From NCBI GenBank assembly GCA_964019335.1, contig OZ025694.1, positions 310,001 to 374,000 on the forward strand: DNA of 64,000 nucleotides, read 5' to 3'. A model generated the notes under the pieces. That model saw nothing but the letters and a program-made list of their open reading frames with translations. It had not been told where the DNA came from and searched no databases. How positions within the stretch are numbered: the first letter of the stretch is position 1; the number at the start of each line of letters is the position of its first letter. The DNA comes from Diplonema japonicum. Its lineage: Eukaryota > Protista > Euglenozoa: Diplonemea. The position numbers and the translations under genes were made by a program. Below are positions 23,740-33,541 of this stretch, in pieces.

Positions 23740-26700
23740 ATGCAACGAGTCGCCATGATGTTCCTCCTGCTGATCATCTGCGGGCGTGCCCAAGTGACGG
23801 AAAGGGCGGGGTGCTACACCGACGCGCTAACAAGAACGCTTGAGTTCTTTGTAGGGAACTTCGACACCACCCTCACGGTGGATCTGTGTGCGAATGAGTG
23901 CCGTGGCAGAGGCTACAGGTTCAGTGGTGTGGAAGTGGGGAGGGAGTGCTTCTGTGGCCATCAGATAAAAACGTATGCAGACCTAGTAAGCGATTCTAGC
24001 TGTAACAGCAAGTGCAAGGGCGACACCTCTGACACGTGTGGGGGTTACTTCTTCGTCGAGATCTTTGACTTGTCTCCGCCTGTCTCTCCCGCCCCCGCCA
24101 CACCAGGCCCTGACTACATAGCTCCTCGTCTTGGGTGCTACAGAGATCAACTATCGCCGCGTGTGCTGCCCAGCTTCCAGTTCACCACGACCTCGCTCAC
24201 TGTCCCGCAATGCATCGAGCAGTGCCTGAGCAAGAATAACGCCTACGCTGGTGTCGAGGCAGGGAGGGAGTGCTTCTGTGGGAACACCGCCCCTGCGAGC
24301 CCTATGCCCAATTACGAGTGCAGCACCCCATGCGGTGGCAACGACCTCGACACATGTGGGGGGCATTTTCGCATCGAAGTCTTTCAAGTGCATGCCGCCA
24401 CTCCAGCCCCCCCAACTCCTGCTCCGCCCACGGCTGAGCCGACAGAAGCACCTGATACACTAGTACCCGATACCCCTGCCCCCGACACACCAGCACCAGA
24501 TACGCCCGCTCCAGAGACTCCTGCTCCCGATACACCAGCACCTGATACACCAGCTCCAGACACACCAGCACCCGATACACCGGCACCTGATACACCAGCA
24601 CCCGATACACCAGCTCCCGATACGCCCGCTCCAGACACACCAGCACCCGATACACCGGCGCCTGATACACCAGCTCCCGATACGCCCGCTCCTGACACTC
24701 CAGCGCCCGACACACCAGCACCCGATACGCCCGCTCCAGACACACCAGCGCCCGATACACCGGCGCCCGATACACCGGCACCTGATACACCAGCTCCCGA
24801 TACGCCCGCTCCTGACACTCCAGCGCCCGACACACCAGCACCCGATACGCCCGCTCCAGACACACCAGCGCCCGATACACCGGCACCTGATACACCAGCT
24901 CCCGATACGCCCGCTCCTGACACTCCAGCGCCCGACACACTAGCACCTGATACGCCCGCTCCTGACACTCCTGCTCCCGATACACCAGCACCTGACACAC
25001 CAGCACCCGATACGCCCGCTCCAGACACTCCAGCGCCCGATACACCTGCACCAGATACACCTGCACCAGATACACCAGCACCCGATACGCCCGCTCCTGA
25101 CACACCAGCTCCCGACACACCAGCACCAGATACGCCCGCTCCAGACACTCCTGCTCCCGATACACCGGCACCTGATACACCAGCACCCAATACGCCCGCT
25201 CCAGACACACCAGCGCCCGATACACCAGCGCCCGACACACCAGCACCTGATACGCCTGCTCCAGACACTCCTGCTCCCGATACACCAGCACCAGATACGC
25301 CCGCTCCAGACACTCTAGCTCCCGACACACCAGCACCTGATACGCCCGCTCCTGACACTCCTGCTCCCGATACGCCGGCACCTGATACACCAGCACCAGA
25401 TACACCGGCACCTGATACGCCCGCTCCAGACACCGCTGCCCCCGATACACCGGCACCTGACACACCAGCACCAGATACACCGGCACCTGATACGCCCGCT
25501 CCAGACACTCTAGCTCCCGATACACCAGCTCCCGACACACCAGCGCCCGATACACCGGCACCTGATACACCAGCACCCGATACGCCCGCTCCTGACACTC
25601 CAGCTCCCGACACACTAGCACCTGATTCGCCCGCTCCTGACACTCCTGCTCCCGATACACCAGCACCTGACACACCAGCACCCGATACGCCCGCTCCAGA
25701 CACTCCAGCACCAGATACACCAGCACCCGATACGCCCGCTCCTGACACACCAGCTCCCGACACACCAGCACCAGATACGCCCGCTCCAGACACTCCTGCT
25801 CCCGATACACCGGCACCTGATACACCAGCACCCAATACGCCCGCTCCAGACACTCCAGCGCCCGATACACCAGCACCTAATACGCCTGCTCCAGACACTC
25901 CTGCTCCCGATACACCAGCACCAGATACGCCCGCTCCAGACACTCTAGCTCCCGACACACCAGCACCTGATACGCCCGCTCCTGACACTCCTGCTCCCGA
26001 TACGCCGGCACCTGATACACCAGCACCTGATACGCCCGCTCCAGACACCGCTGCCCCCGATACACCGGCACCTGACACACCAGCACCAGATACACCGGCA
26101 CCTGATACGCCCGCTCCAGACACTATAGCTCCCGACACACCAGCTCCCGATACGCCCGCTCCAGACACTCCTGCTCCCGATACACCGGCACCTGATACAC
26201 CAGCTCCAGACACTCTAGCTCCCGACACTCCAGCGCCCGATACACCAGCACCAGAAACGCCCGCTCCTGACACCCCTGCTCCCGATACACCGGCACCTGA
26301 TACGCCCGCTCCAGACACTCTAGCTCCCGATACACCAGCACCCGACACACCAGCTCCCGATACACCAGCACCTGATACGCCCTCTCCTGACACTCCTGCT
26401 CCCGATACACCAGCTCCCGATACGCCCTCTCCTGACACTCCAGCGCCCGATACACCAGCACCAGATACGCCCGCTCCAGACACTCTAGCTCCCGACACAC
26501 CGGCACCAGATACGCCCGCTCCTGACACTCCTGCTCCCGATACACCGGCACCTGATACACCAGCTCCCGACACACCGGCACCTGTTACACCAGCACCTGA
26601 TACGCCCGCTCCTGACACTCCTGCTCCCGATACACAAGCACCTGATACACCAGCACCCGATACGCCCTCTCCTGACACTCCAGCGCCCGATACACCGGCA

Positions 26701-28272
26701 CCTGATACGCCCGCTCCAGACACTCTAGCTCCCGACACACCTGCACCTGATACACCAGCACCTGACACACCTGCTCCCGATACACCAGCACCCGATACGC
26801 CCTCTCCTGACACTCCAGCGCCCGACACACCAGCACCTGATACGCCCGCACCTGACACTCCTGCTCCCGATACACCGGCACCTGATACACCAGCACCCAA
26901 CACACCAGCACCAGATACGCCCGCTCCTGACACTCTAGCTCCCGACACACCGGCACCTGATACGCCCGCTCCTGACACTTCTGCTCCCGATACACCAGCA
27001 CCAGATACGCCTGCTCCTGACACACCAGCACCAGACACATTGGCTCCGGATACTTCCGAACCCACAGCAGTACCTGAAACCATTTCGACACTGGCGGCGC
27101 GGCAGAGGGAAGTAGCCATCGAGTTAGAAAGTGGTTTGGGTGCCTTCGCCGATCTGTTACACATGCCTCCTTTGACGGAGGAGGAGATGAAGGATGCAAG
27201 GGACAGCCTGGGGCAGGCTGGGGCGATGATGGTGGCAGCCGCGGTGATGAACTCTGCGATGGGTGCCATGCTGCTTGGGATGGGCGGCGATTCCGATGGT
27301 GGAGGTGGCGGCGGTGAAGGCGGCTACGACGAACACGGAGCTGAGGGTGGCGAGTATGACGAGCACGGAGCCCCTGAGTCCAAATCGCAGTCGGAGTCCC
27401 AGTTCACATCAAATAGGTCAGAGTCACAGATGACTCGCGACACCGAAACGGACGAAGGCATCTTCAATTTTGCAACTGCAGAGGACGAGCAGATCCCCAC
27501 AGTGTCCCGTGTGACGCGTGTCTACCTGTTCTGCGCATCGCTTGCCTTCATGGTGTCGTCAATTGTGAACATCCCGTTCTTCGGGGTGTACTGGCAATCG
27601 TTCTCCTCGCTGCAGGAGGTTCTGGACGAGATCCACGAAGGGGTGCCACAGTCAGAACGGTGCTCGGGGAGCAACGAGTTCCTCGCCTGGAACACCGTGT
27701 TCTGGATTTACCTTCTGTACCCGCTTCTGTGCGGGACGTACATTCTGTACGTGGTGGCGGTGAACAAGGTGGCGCAGCAGGCGCTTCTCATTGTGGTGCT
27801 CTGCGCCATCATCCAGCCCCCTGTGGTGATGTACCAGCACCTGGGGGCGAGGCTGTACTACGCGGCGAAATACGACGGGATCTGCGAGGGGCTGGAGGCA
27901 CACAGCGACTGCGACGAGGGACAGCTACAAAATGCGGGGAATGTCCTCAGGCTCACAGGGATCATCCAAGCTGTCCTCAACCTCTCTGTCACTCTCCTCC
28001 TCTGCTTCCTCCTCGGCTGGCGAGCCATACAAGCTTGGAAGAGCAAGCAGGAGGACACTCTCTCCGATGTGAGCGAGTTCTCTGTTAACATCGATGAGCT
28101 GAACTACGACGAGGCACCGAGGGGGGAGACCTTTAATAGGGGTTCTGGCTCAGGCGATTTTAGAAAACGCGCATCTGTAAGCGATCTTCACCGCAAGACC
28201 TCTGGTTCCATGTCACGGAAGGACTCAAAGGTCCCTTCTTCCTTTAAACGAACGAGCACCTACAAGCGCTAG
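23740..28272 (+). CDS. WSC-stalk-multiTM surface protein, paralog 4 (PDTPA pentapeptide stalk)
   Basis: WSC1 is identical to paralogs 2/3 and WSC2 is partly diverged. About 170 PDTPA units precede the same TM module and KRTSTYKR end. Confidence 0.9.
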   Translation: MQRVAMMFLLLIICGRAQVTERAGCYTDALTRTLEFFVGNFDTTLTVDLCANECRGRGYRFSGVEVGRECFCGHQIKTYADLVSDSSCNSKCKGDTSDTCGGYFFVEIFDLSPPVSPAPATPGPDYIAPRLGCYRDQLSPRVLPSFQFTTTSLTVPQCIEQCLSKNNAYAGVEAGRECFCGNTAPASPMPNYECSTPCGGNDLDTCGGHFRIEVFQVHAATPAPPTPAPPTAEPTEAPDTLVPDTPAPDTPAPDTPAPETPAPDTPAPDTPAPDTPAPDTPAPDTPAPDTPAPDTPAPDTPAPDTPAPDTPAPDTPAPDTPAPDTPAPDTPAPDTPAPDTPAPDTPAPDTPAPDTPAPDTPAPDTPAPDTPAPDTPAPDTPAPDTPAPDTPAPDTPAPDTLAPDTPAPDTPAPDTPAPDTPAPDTPAPDTPAPDTPAPDTPAPDTPAPDTPAPDTPAPDTPAPDTPAPDTPAPDTPAPDTPAPNTPAPDTPAPDTPAPDTPAPDTPAPDTPAPDTPAPDTPAPDTLAPDTPAPDTPAPDTPAPDTPAPDTPAPDTPAPDTPAPDTAAPDTPAPDTPAPDTPAPDTPAPDTLAPDTPAPDTPAPDTPAPDTPAPDTPAPDTPAPDTLAPDSPAPDTPAPDTPAPDTPAPDTPAPDTPAPDTPAPDTPAPDTPAPDTPAPDTPAPDTPAPDTPAPDTPAPNTPAPDTPAPDTPAPNTPAPDTPAPDTPAPDTPAPDTLAPDTPAPDTPAPDTPAPDTPAPDTPAPDTPAPDTAAPDTPAPDTPAPDTPAPDTPAPDTIAPDTPAPDTPAPDTPAPDTPAPDTPAPDTLAPDTPAPDTPAPETPAPDTPAPDTPAPDTPAPDTLAPDTPAPDTPAPDTPAPDTPSPDTPAPDTPAPDTPSPDTPAPDTPAPDTPAPDTLAPDTPAPDTPAPDTPAPDTPAPDTPAPDTPAPVTPAPDTPAPDTPAPDTQAPDTPAPDTPSPDTPAPDTPAPDTPAPDTLAPDTPAPDTPAPDTPAPDTPAPDTPSPDTPAPDTPAPDTPAPDTPAPDTPAPDTPAPNTPAPDTPAPDTLAPDTPAPDTPAPDTSAPDTPAPDTPAPDTPAPDTLAPDTSEPTAVPETISTLAARQREVAIELESGLGAFADLLHMPPLTEEEMKDARDSLGQAGAMMVAAAVMNSAMGAMLLGMGGDSDGGGGGGEGGYDEHGAEGGEYDEHGAPESKSQSESQFTSNRSESQMTRDTETDEGIFNFATAEDEQIPTVSRVTRVYLFCASLAFMVSSIVNIPFFGVYWQSFSSLQEVLDEIHEGVPQSERCSGSNEFLAWNTVFWIYLLYPLLCGTYILYVVAVNKVAQQALLIVVLCAIIQPPVVMYQHLGARLYYAAKYDGICEGLEAHSDCDEGQLQNAGNVLRLTGIIQAVLNLSVTLLLCFLLGWRAIQAWKSKQEDTLSDVSEFSVNIDELNYDEAPRGETFNRGSGSGDFRKRASVSDLHRKTSGSMSRKDSKVPSSFKRTSTYKR
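24451..27055 (+). repeat. 15-bp coding minisatellite (PDTPA)n
   Basis: cc(t/c/a)ga(t/c)acNccNgcN units. Confidence 0.95.
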
Positions 28273-29788
28273 GTCAGAAACTGTTGCTGTTCTGGCCTTC
28301 CAAGCTTCTTTAACTAGAATGCAAAATGCCGTGATAAACTGAAACCCGCGGGCAACAGTGCTGACCATCTCACATGTCCACCCATGATTCCACCTCCTGC
28401 GGCACTGGCAAGGCTCGAAGCGGATGTGGGTTTAAAGATTACAATTTAAAGAAGAATAAGAATGAATGGGGTACCTCTGATGAGGCCACACCTGAAGGAA
28501 GAGATTCAGCTACTAAAGCTGAGAAATGTTTCCCCCCTCCCCCACACGTTGTTTTCATTCTTTTCTTTTTTTTTTTTTCAAATTTCAGTGTGCTCACTGT
28601 TCAGGTGAATTTCTACCTGAACAGTGAGCACCCCCATGCACACTGAGATTTTATCGAGTTTTTTTTTTGTAGTCTAGTAAATTGAATCATTTCGGGAATA
28701 TTGTCGGAAGAAGGTCGTATTTCGAGCCTCGGCTTAGAAAAGCAGGTAGTTCCGATTTAACGCCACTTAGTGTTGCAATCAAATCCTCATTTTTTCTTAT
28801 TTCTTTTTTTTTTTTTTTTTTTTTTCTAATATTTCCCTGCACACCTTTAATCGAATTTATTTGAGTTCCCGATAACACCACTTAAAATTGCGTGTTTTGT
28901 AAAAAGTACTTTTGAACCTCTACTACCTCCTCTCTTCAAAAAAACAATATTTTTGAGCGAACTTTTATTCACGGGCAGTGCGCCAGAAAACCTCATTTAA
29001 GACAAACAGGTTTGGAGAAGCTCATACGAGGAGAGCACGCGGAGCGTACCTAAAGCCATGGGTGTCAATAAAAGCCCAAATGAAATGCGATGTCCAGGGA
29101 AAGGTTCGAAAAGGTGATTTCAATTCATGAAACCGTCATCCCAAGGTTTTTTGAGGTTGATTATGAGAATGGCTATGTTACCCTAAGCTTTGGCTTCTTG
29201 CAAGCCTTTTGGATGTCCCATTAGCCAAGGCCCATACCCTGCAACAACAATAGTTGCGTTGTGAACGGTGGAAAAAAAAAAAAAGTTCTTACTTACATAC
29301 CAACATACATGTGGAGGTGAACCCGCAAACCCGGGTTTGCAGGACTGACTGCAGGTGAAAACCATATCTCCTTTCGAGGGCAAGGACACAAGTGTCGCAG
29401 CAAGAAAGGTACGATAAGGTTTTTGTCCTTTTTCTTTTTCTCTTTTTTCTTTTCTCTTCTAACAAACTATCCGGTTCGTGTTTAATGGCTTCAGTGGCCC
29501 CTCTCTACTTATACTGCGTGGCACCATAAATCGAGACAGCCTTTTTCTTTTTATATGACAACCTGAAGAAGACAGAAAGAGAATACTGAAGATGTCATAC
29601 CATCGATAACTTCTTTTCTTTTCTTTTAGGTTTCTCTCTTTAATCGCCCTTCTCGTAATTTTACCTCTATTTTTTTTTTTTTTACTTTCTACAAGGAGCT
29701 TTTCACAAGGGTGACCGCTGTGTCTCATACTGCAGGCGCCACTAAAAAACGTGATAGCTTTTTTTCTTGTTCTTTTTTTTTTTTTTTT

Positions 29789-29921
29789 ACAAATATTTAT
29801 CTTTCAAAAAAATGATTTTATAACTATATGCAATTTGTGCCGAGCAAAAAACTTTTTCGCAGCTTTTTTAAAAACCTTTTTTTTGCTCGTGCGAACAACA
29901 AAGGCATAGTCATAAAGAATT
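29789..29921 (+). repeat. Interspersed repeat of about 130 bp (ACAAATATT...AGTCATAA.GAATT)
   Basis: Other copies at 45088-45220, 39683-39818 (minus) and partial 42725-42860. Confidence 0.85.
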
Positions 29922-30742
29922 TTTTTTTTCATACGTATTATTTACGGAAGGAAAAAGTTTCATTCCTTTAGGTATGAAAAAAAAAGAGTTGTATTTACAG
30001 GCAGGGGGGGGGAGCTGTTACCGGAAAGAACAGAAATTACGGGCTGGTAGTTGTTCCTTCCTCACACGTGTTTGCGTGCATTCTTCTTTCATGTCTCTCC
30101 GAGGGTGGTCCTCAAGGGGACTTACCCTAAACATTAGTTGACACACTGCACATCACATTTTATGTTCTCCCTTTTTTTGTCTATCGTTGTCATAGCAAGA
30201 GTAGCCAAGAGCAGACGACTCCAGGTTATGCTATCCGAAGTTTTTATCAGGTTTTTTTTTTCTTTTCTGGCTTCCTTTTTATCCCCTCTTTATTGGAAAA
30301 GGTGTTGAACTTCTTTCTAAGTCTTTTGCTTTTCTTAATGTTGCGATTCGCCTTTTTTTTTTTTTTTTTTTTTGTGGATATTTAACAACACCTTCAAACA
30401 GCTGTAGCCTTAGTCGTGGACACATTGAGTGACTCATGCGAAATAGAATTTGTCTTATGAAGCGCATGTGTCCTTATAGTAAAGAAAAAAAGAACAAAAA
30501 AAAAAGAAGAAGAAAAGCGAAAAAAAAAGAAAAAAGAAACGAACAATTTTATTCATCCCGCAACGCAAGGCTTCGCCATGATTTAAACACATCATTTTTT
30601 CCACCCCCCCCACACACATCATATGGTGAGTACTTATATTTTTTTGATGAGAATTTTTATTTCTTTAGCAACACAAAAAAAAAGAAGAAAAAAAGAAAAA
30701 AAAGAAAAAATAAAACATACACACTTCAAAAGAAAATGAACC

Positions 30743-33439
30743 ATGCCCACCATCGAAGTAATTGTTAGCATGGCAAGTCTTGGGCTGATGCCGCTGCCCT
30801 ACTTAACAAGTCCCGCAGAGTTAAATACAAATGTCTGCTTCAACGCACAAGGGTGGTGCAGGTGCCCCGCTGGTACTGCGATGACGGGGATTTACAAAAC
30901 TGATTGCGAGAGCATCGTGTGTATAGACCGGTACCGGTGTGCACAGCCTCAGCAGACGTCTGGGCTTGCCAACTGCCAACAGGTCAACATTGATGCAACC
31001 TTCAATGCTGCGGGTTGGGGCTTATGCCCCACGAACACCTACATGACAGGGTTGTACAGGGCAGCCTGCGACTCGATTAACTGTATTGACCAAATCGAGT
31101 GTTGCGAATGGGTCTCCACGTCTGGGCCCATCGTCGCCTCAGCACCCGCCGACAACTCATGGCTGCTGTGCTTGGACGATCTCAACATTTGGTGTAACGC
31201 GACTACCAACACCTTTCTTGTCGGCCTTGAGCGCGCTGACTGCACCGGAGTCCGCTGCATCGAGGGCATAAGAGAAGTGCAGCCTATGATGACTACCCCA
31301 GCACCCAGCACTGATGCCCCTCCTACACCTTTTCCTGATACTGACGCGCCACCAACAGCGTTGCCCACTGCTGCTCCTGCAACGCCGTTTCCCGACACAG
31401 ACGCACCGCCCACTGCACAACCGACTGCGGCACCGGCCACGCCTTTTCCTGACACGGATGCACCGGCTACTGCCCAGCCGACTGTCGCCCCTGCGACGCC
31501 GTTTCCTGATACGGACGCGCCTGCGACAGCTCAGCCGACTGATGCACCTGTAACTCCGTTTCCTGACACGGATGCACCTCCTACTGCCCAGCCGACTGTT
31601 GCCCCTGCGACTCCTTTTCCTGATACGGACGCACCTCCTACTGCTCAGCCGACCGATGCACCTGTTACGCCGTTTCCCGACACGGATGCCCCACCCACTG
31701 CCCAGCCGACTGTTGCCCCTGCAACGCCTTTTCCGGATACGGGTGCGCCACCCACTGTGGCACCGGCCACGCCTTTTCCTGACACGGATGCACCGGCTAC
31801 TGCCCAGCCGACTGTCGCCCCTGCAACACCGTTTCCTGATACGGACGCGCCGCCGACAGCTCAGCCGACCGATGCACCCGTTACGCCATTTCCTGACACG
31901 GACGCCCCGCCCACTGCCCAGCCGACTGTCGCTCCTGCGACACCTTTTCCTGACACGGATGCGCCCCCTACTGCCCAGCCGACTGTTGCCCCTGCGACAC
32001 CTTTTCCTGATACGAACGCACCCCCTACCTATGCACCCCTAACCCCGTTCCCTGACACCAGTGTCCCTACCACCCCCAGTCCAGACACCGCATCCCCTCC
32101 GACAACCGAGCCACAGTCAAGTGCTCCTGTCACAACCGCTCCTGAGACGCCTGCGCCGGAGCTCGAGAAAGCTGAGGACATAGAAGTTGCTGGCACTGTG
32201 ACTGCAGGGGTTGCTGCGTTGGGTGCAGCTAGCTCAGCAGGGTCTGCGACACGACTGGTGCTCGTGCAAGCGAACTGCCCGAAGAATGGCGGGCAGAGGA
32301 AGTTCCCCTTCCCGCTGCACCCGACACAGATGGTGGTCATGGGGAGCGAGGCGGCAGGCGCCGTGCTGGGCAACGTCCTCGTCGTGGCCGCCTTCACGTG
32401 CTTCTGGACAGGCGGGATGTACATGGCGACCAAGGTGTTCCCAAAGCTGTTCGACGGCTTGGACACCCTGGGGTGGCTGAGGCTCCCTACTGCCCCGCTT
32501 TTTGTAATACAATGGCTGTACCAAGGAACCACCCTGGGAGGGATGATCCTGGTAGCGTACCCAGCCTCCGTGGGGGCGTGGCTACTGGGCGCGGCAATAC
32601 TGATAGCATGCGCAGCAGTCCCTATCCTGGTGTTCAGGACCATGGTTAGGGACGTACCGTTGAAAGGGAGATATGTGGAGGACCCCGAGGACAAGGGGGT
32701 GACATATGCTTTCTTATTCGGGAGGGGCGAGTGGGTGAGTTGCAGCCAAGACCTTCATTGGGTCAACAGGTACGCATCAGTGACACGGACATGGCGACAA
32801 GAGGCGGCCTGGTTCACAGTACTCGAGTTTGCTTCCTCCTTCACGTTGGCAGCAATAGGGACACTGAACACGGAAACATACTCAGGATGCGGGCATGTTA
32901 AGGTTTGTATGGCGATTGTTTTCCTTGTGATGTGTGGGGTGGAAGCTGCCCTGTGGCCGCATGCCAAGCACAGAGACTGTATGTTTGACTTCATATCTTT
33001 GGGGGTCCAGTCTGCAGGGTTGCTAATGATGGCGGCGGGCTTTTACAGTGAAAAAAGCTTTGGAGATCACTCTACGTTCAGCACGGCACAGAATTTGTTT
33101 TTCGCCGCTGTTATTCTCATGTTGGTCAAGGCGGGGTTGGATGCCTTTTCGGAGCTCTTCGTGGTCCTTACTGGCCGCAGGAAGCGGCTGCAGGAACTTC
33201 AATGGGAGCTTCAAAAGAAATCCGTTGCAACCCCTTTGATGTCACATGATACGGCCGCCCCTAGTAACCTTTCCTTTTCTCCTGCAGTGGGCCATCTTCA
33301 GATGAACACCAGTACCTCGCAAACGACTCCATTTTTGCTTTCGAGCTCATCCGCCAGCCGGGTGCCGAAGGCCGCCAAGCATTACCAGTTGGCTGAGAAG
33401 GAAATGCATTCACGAAAAGCGGATATTTTTAAGTTATAA
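30743..33439 (+). CDS. Cys-rich triple-repeat head (biomphalysin N-terminal/beta-prism-like), mucin stalk and about 7 TM helices
   Basis: Three repeats of the form W..C....(M/L).G(I/L).(K/R)..C....CI(D/E), then a 19-aa PFPDTDAPPTAQPTVAPAT repeat, an Ala/Gly-rich segment and about 7 hydrophobic helices. The fold assignment is from recalled family resemblance. Confidence 0.85.
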   Translation: MPTIEVIVSMASLGLMPLPYLTSPAELNTNVCFNAQGWCRCPAGTAMTGIYKTDCESIVCIDRYRCAQPQQTSGLANCQQVNIDATFNAAGWGLCPTNTYMTGLYRAACDSINCIDQIECCEWVSTSGPIVASAPADNSWLLCLDDLNIWCNATTNTFLVGLERADCTGVRCIEGIREVQPMMTTPAPSTDAPPTPFPDTDAPPTALPTAAPATPFPDTDAPPTAQPTAAPATPFPDTDAPATAQPTVAPATPFPDTDAPATAQPTDAPVTPFPDTDAPPTAQPTVAPATPFPDTDAPPTAQPTDAPVTPFPDTDAPPTAQPTVAPATPFPDTGAPPTVAPATPFPDTDAPATAQPTVAPATPFPDTDAPPTAQPTDAPVTPFPDTDAPPTAQPTVAPATPFPDTDAPPTAQPTVAPATPFPDTNAPPTYAPLTPFPDTSVPTTPSPDTASPPTTEPQSSAPVTTAPETPAPELEKAEDIEVAGTVTAGVAALGAASSAGSATRLVLVQANCPKNGGQRKFPFPLHPTQMVVMGSEAAGAVLGNVLVVAAFTCFWTGGMYMATKVFPKLFDGLDTLGWLRLPTAPLFVIQWLYQGTTLGGMILVAYPASVGAWLLGAAILIACAAVPILVFRTMVRDVPLKGRYVEDPEDKGVTYAFLFGRGEWVSCSQDLHWVNRYASVTRTWRQEAAWFTVLEFASSFTLAAIGTLNTETYSGCGHVKVCMAIVFLVMCGVEAALWPHAKHRDCMFDFISLGVQSAGLLMMAAGFYSEKSFGDHSTFSTAQNLFFAAVILMLVKAGLDAFSELFVVLTGRRKRLQELQWELQKKSVATPLMSHDTAAPSNLSFSPAVGHLQMNTSTSQTTPFLLSSSSASRVPKAAKHYQLAEKEMHSRKADIFKL
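31300..32060 (+). repeat. 57-bp coding minisatellite (PFPDTDAPPTAQPTVAPAT)
   Basis: Repeated cc(g/t)tttcc(t/c)ga(c/t)acgga(c/t)gc units. Confidence 0.9.
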
Positions 33440-33541
33440 AAAAGTCCCTCCCCCCACTCTTTCCGATCTAATATGTATATAAAAGTATTCTTTTTTTTTT
33501 GTTTTTAGAGTTGAGGGTTTCCTGCCGAAGATGGTATTTAA

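Noticed and set aside
7880-27055. Regular 30-bp and 15-bp repeats as CRISPR arrays
   Set aside because: No unique spacers, in-frame coding with synonymous variation, and no cas genes.
24302-27269. 961-aa (GVSGA)n and 524-aa antisense ORFs
   Set aside because: Reverse-complement readings of PDTPA codons, which rarely produce stops.
28475-28500. CTGATGA as a hammerhead ribozyme core
   Set aside because: No proper stem II, and GAAG instead of GAAA.
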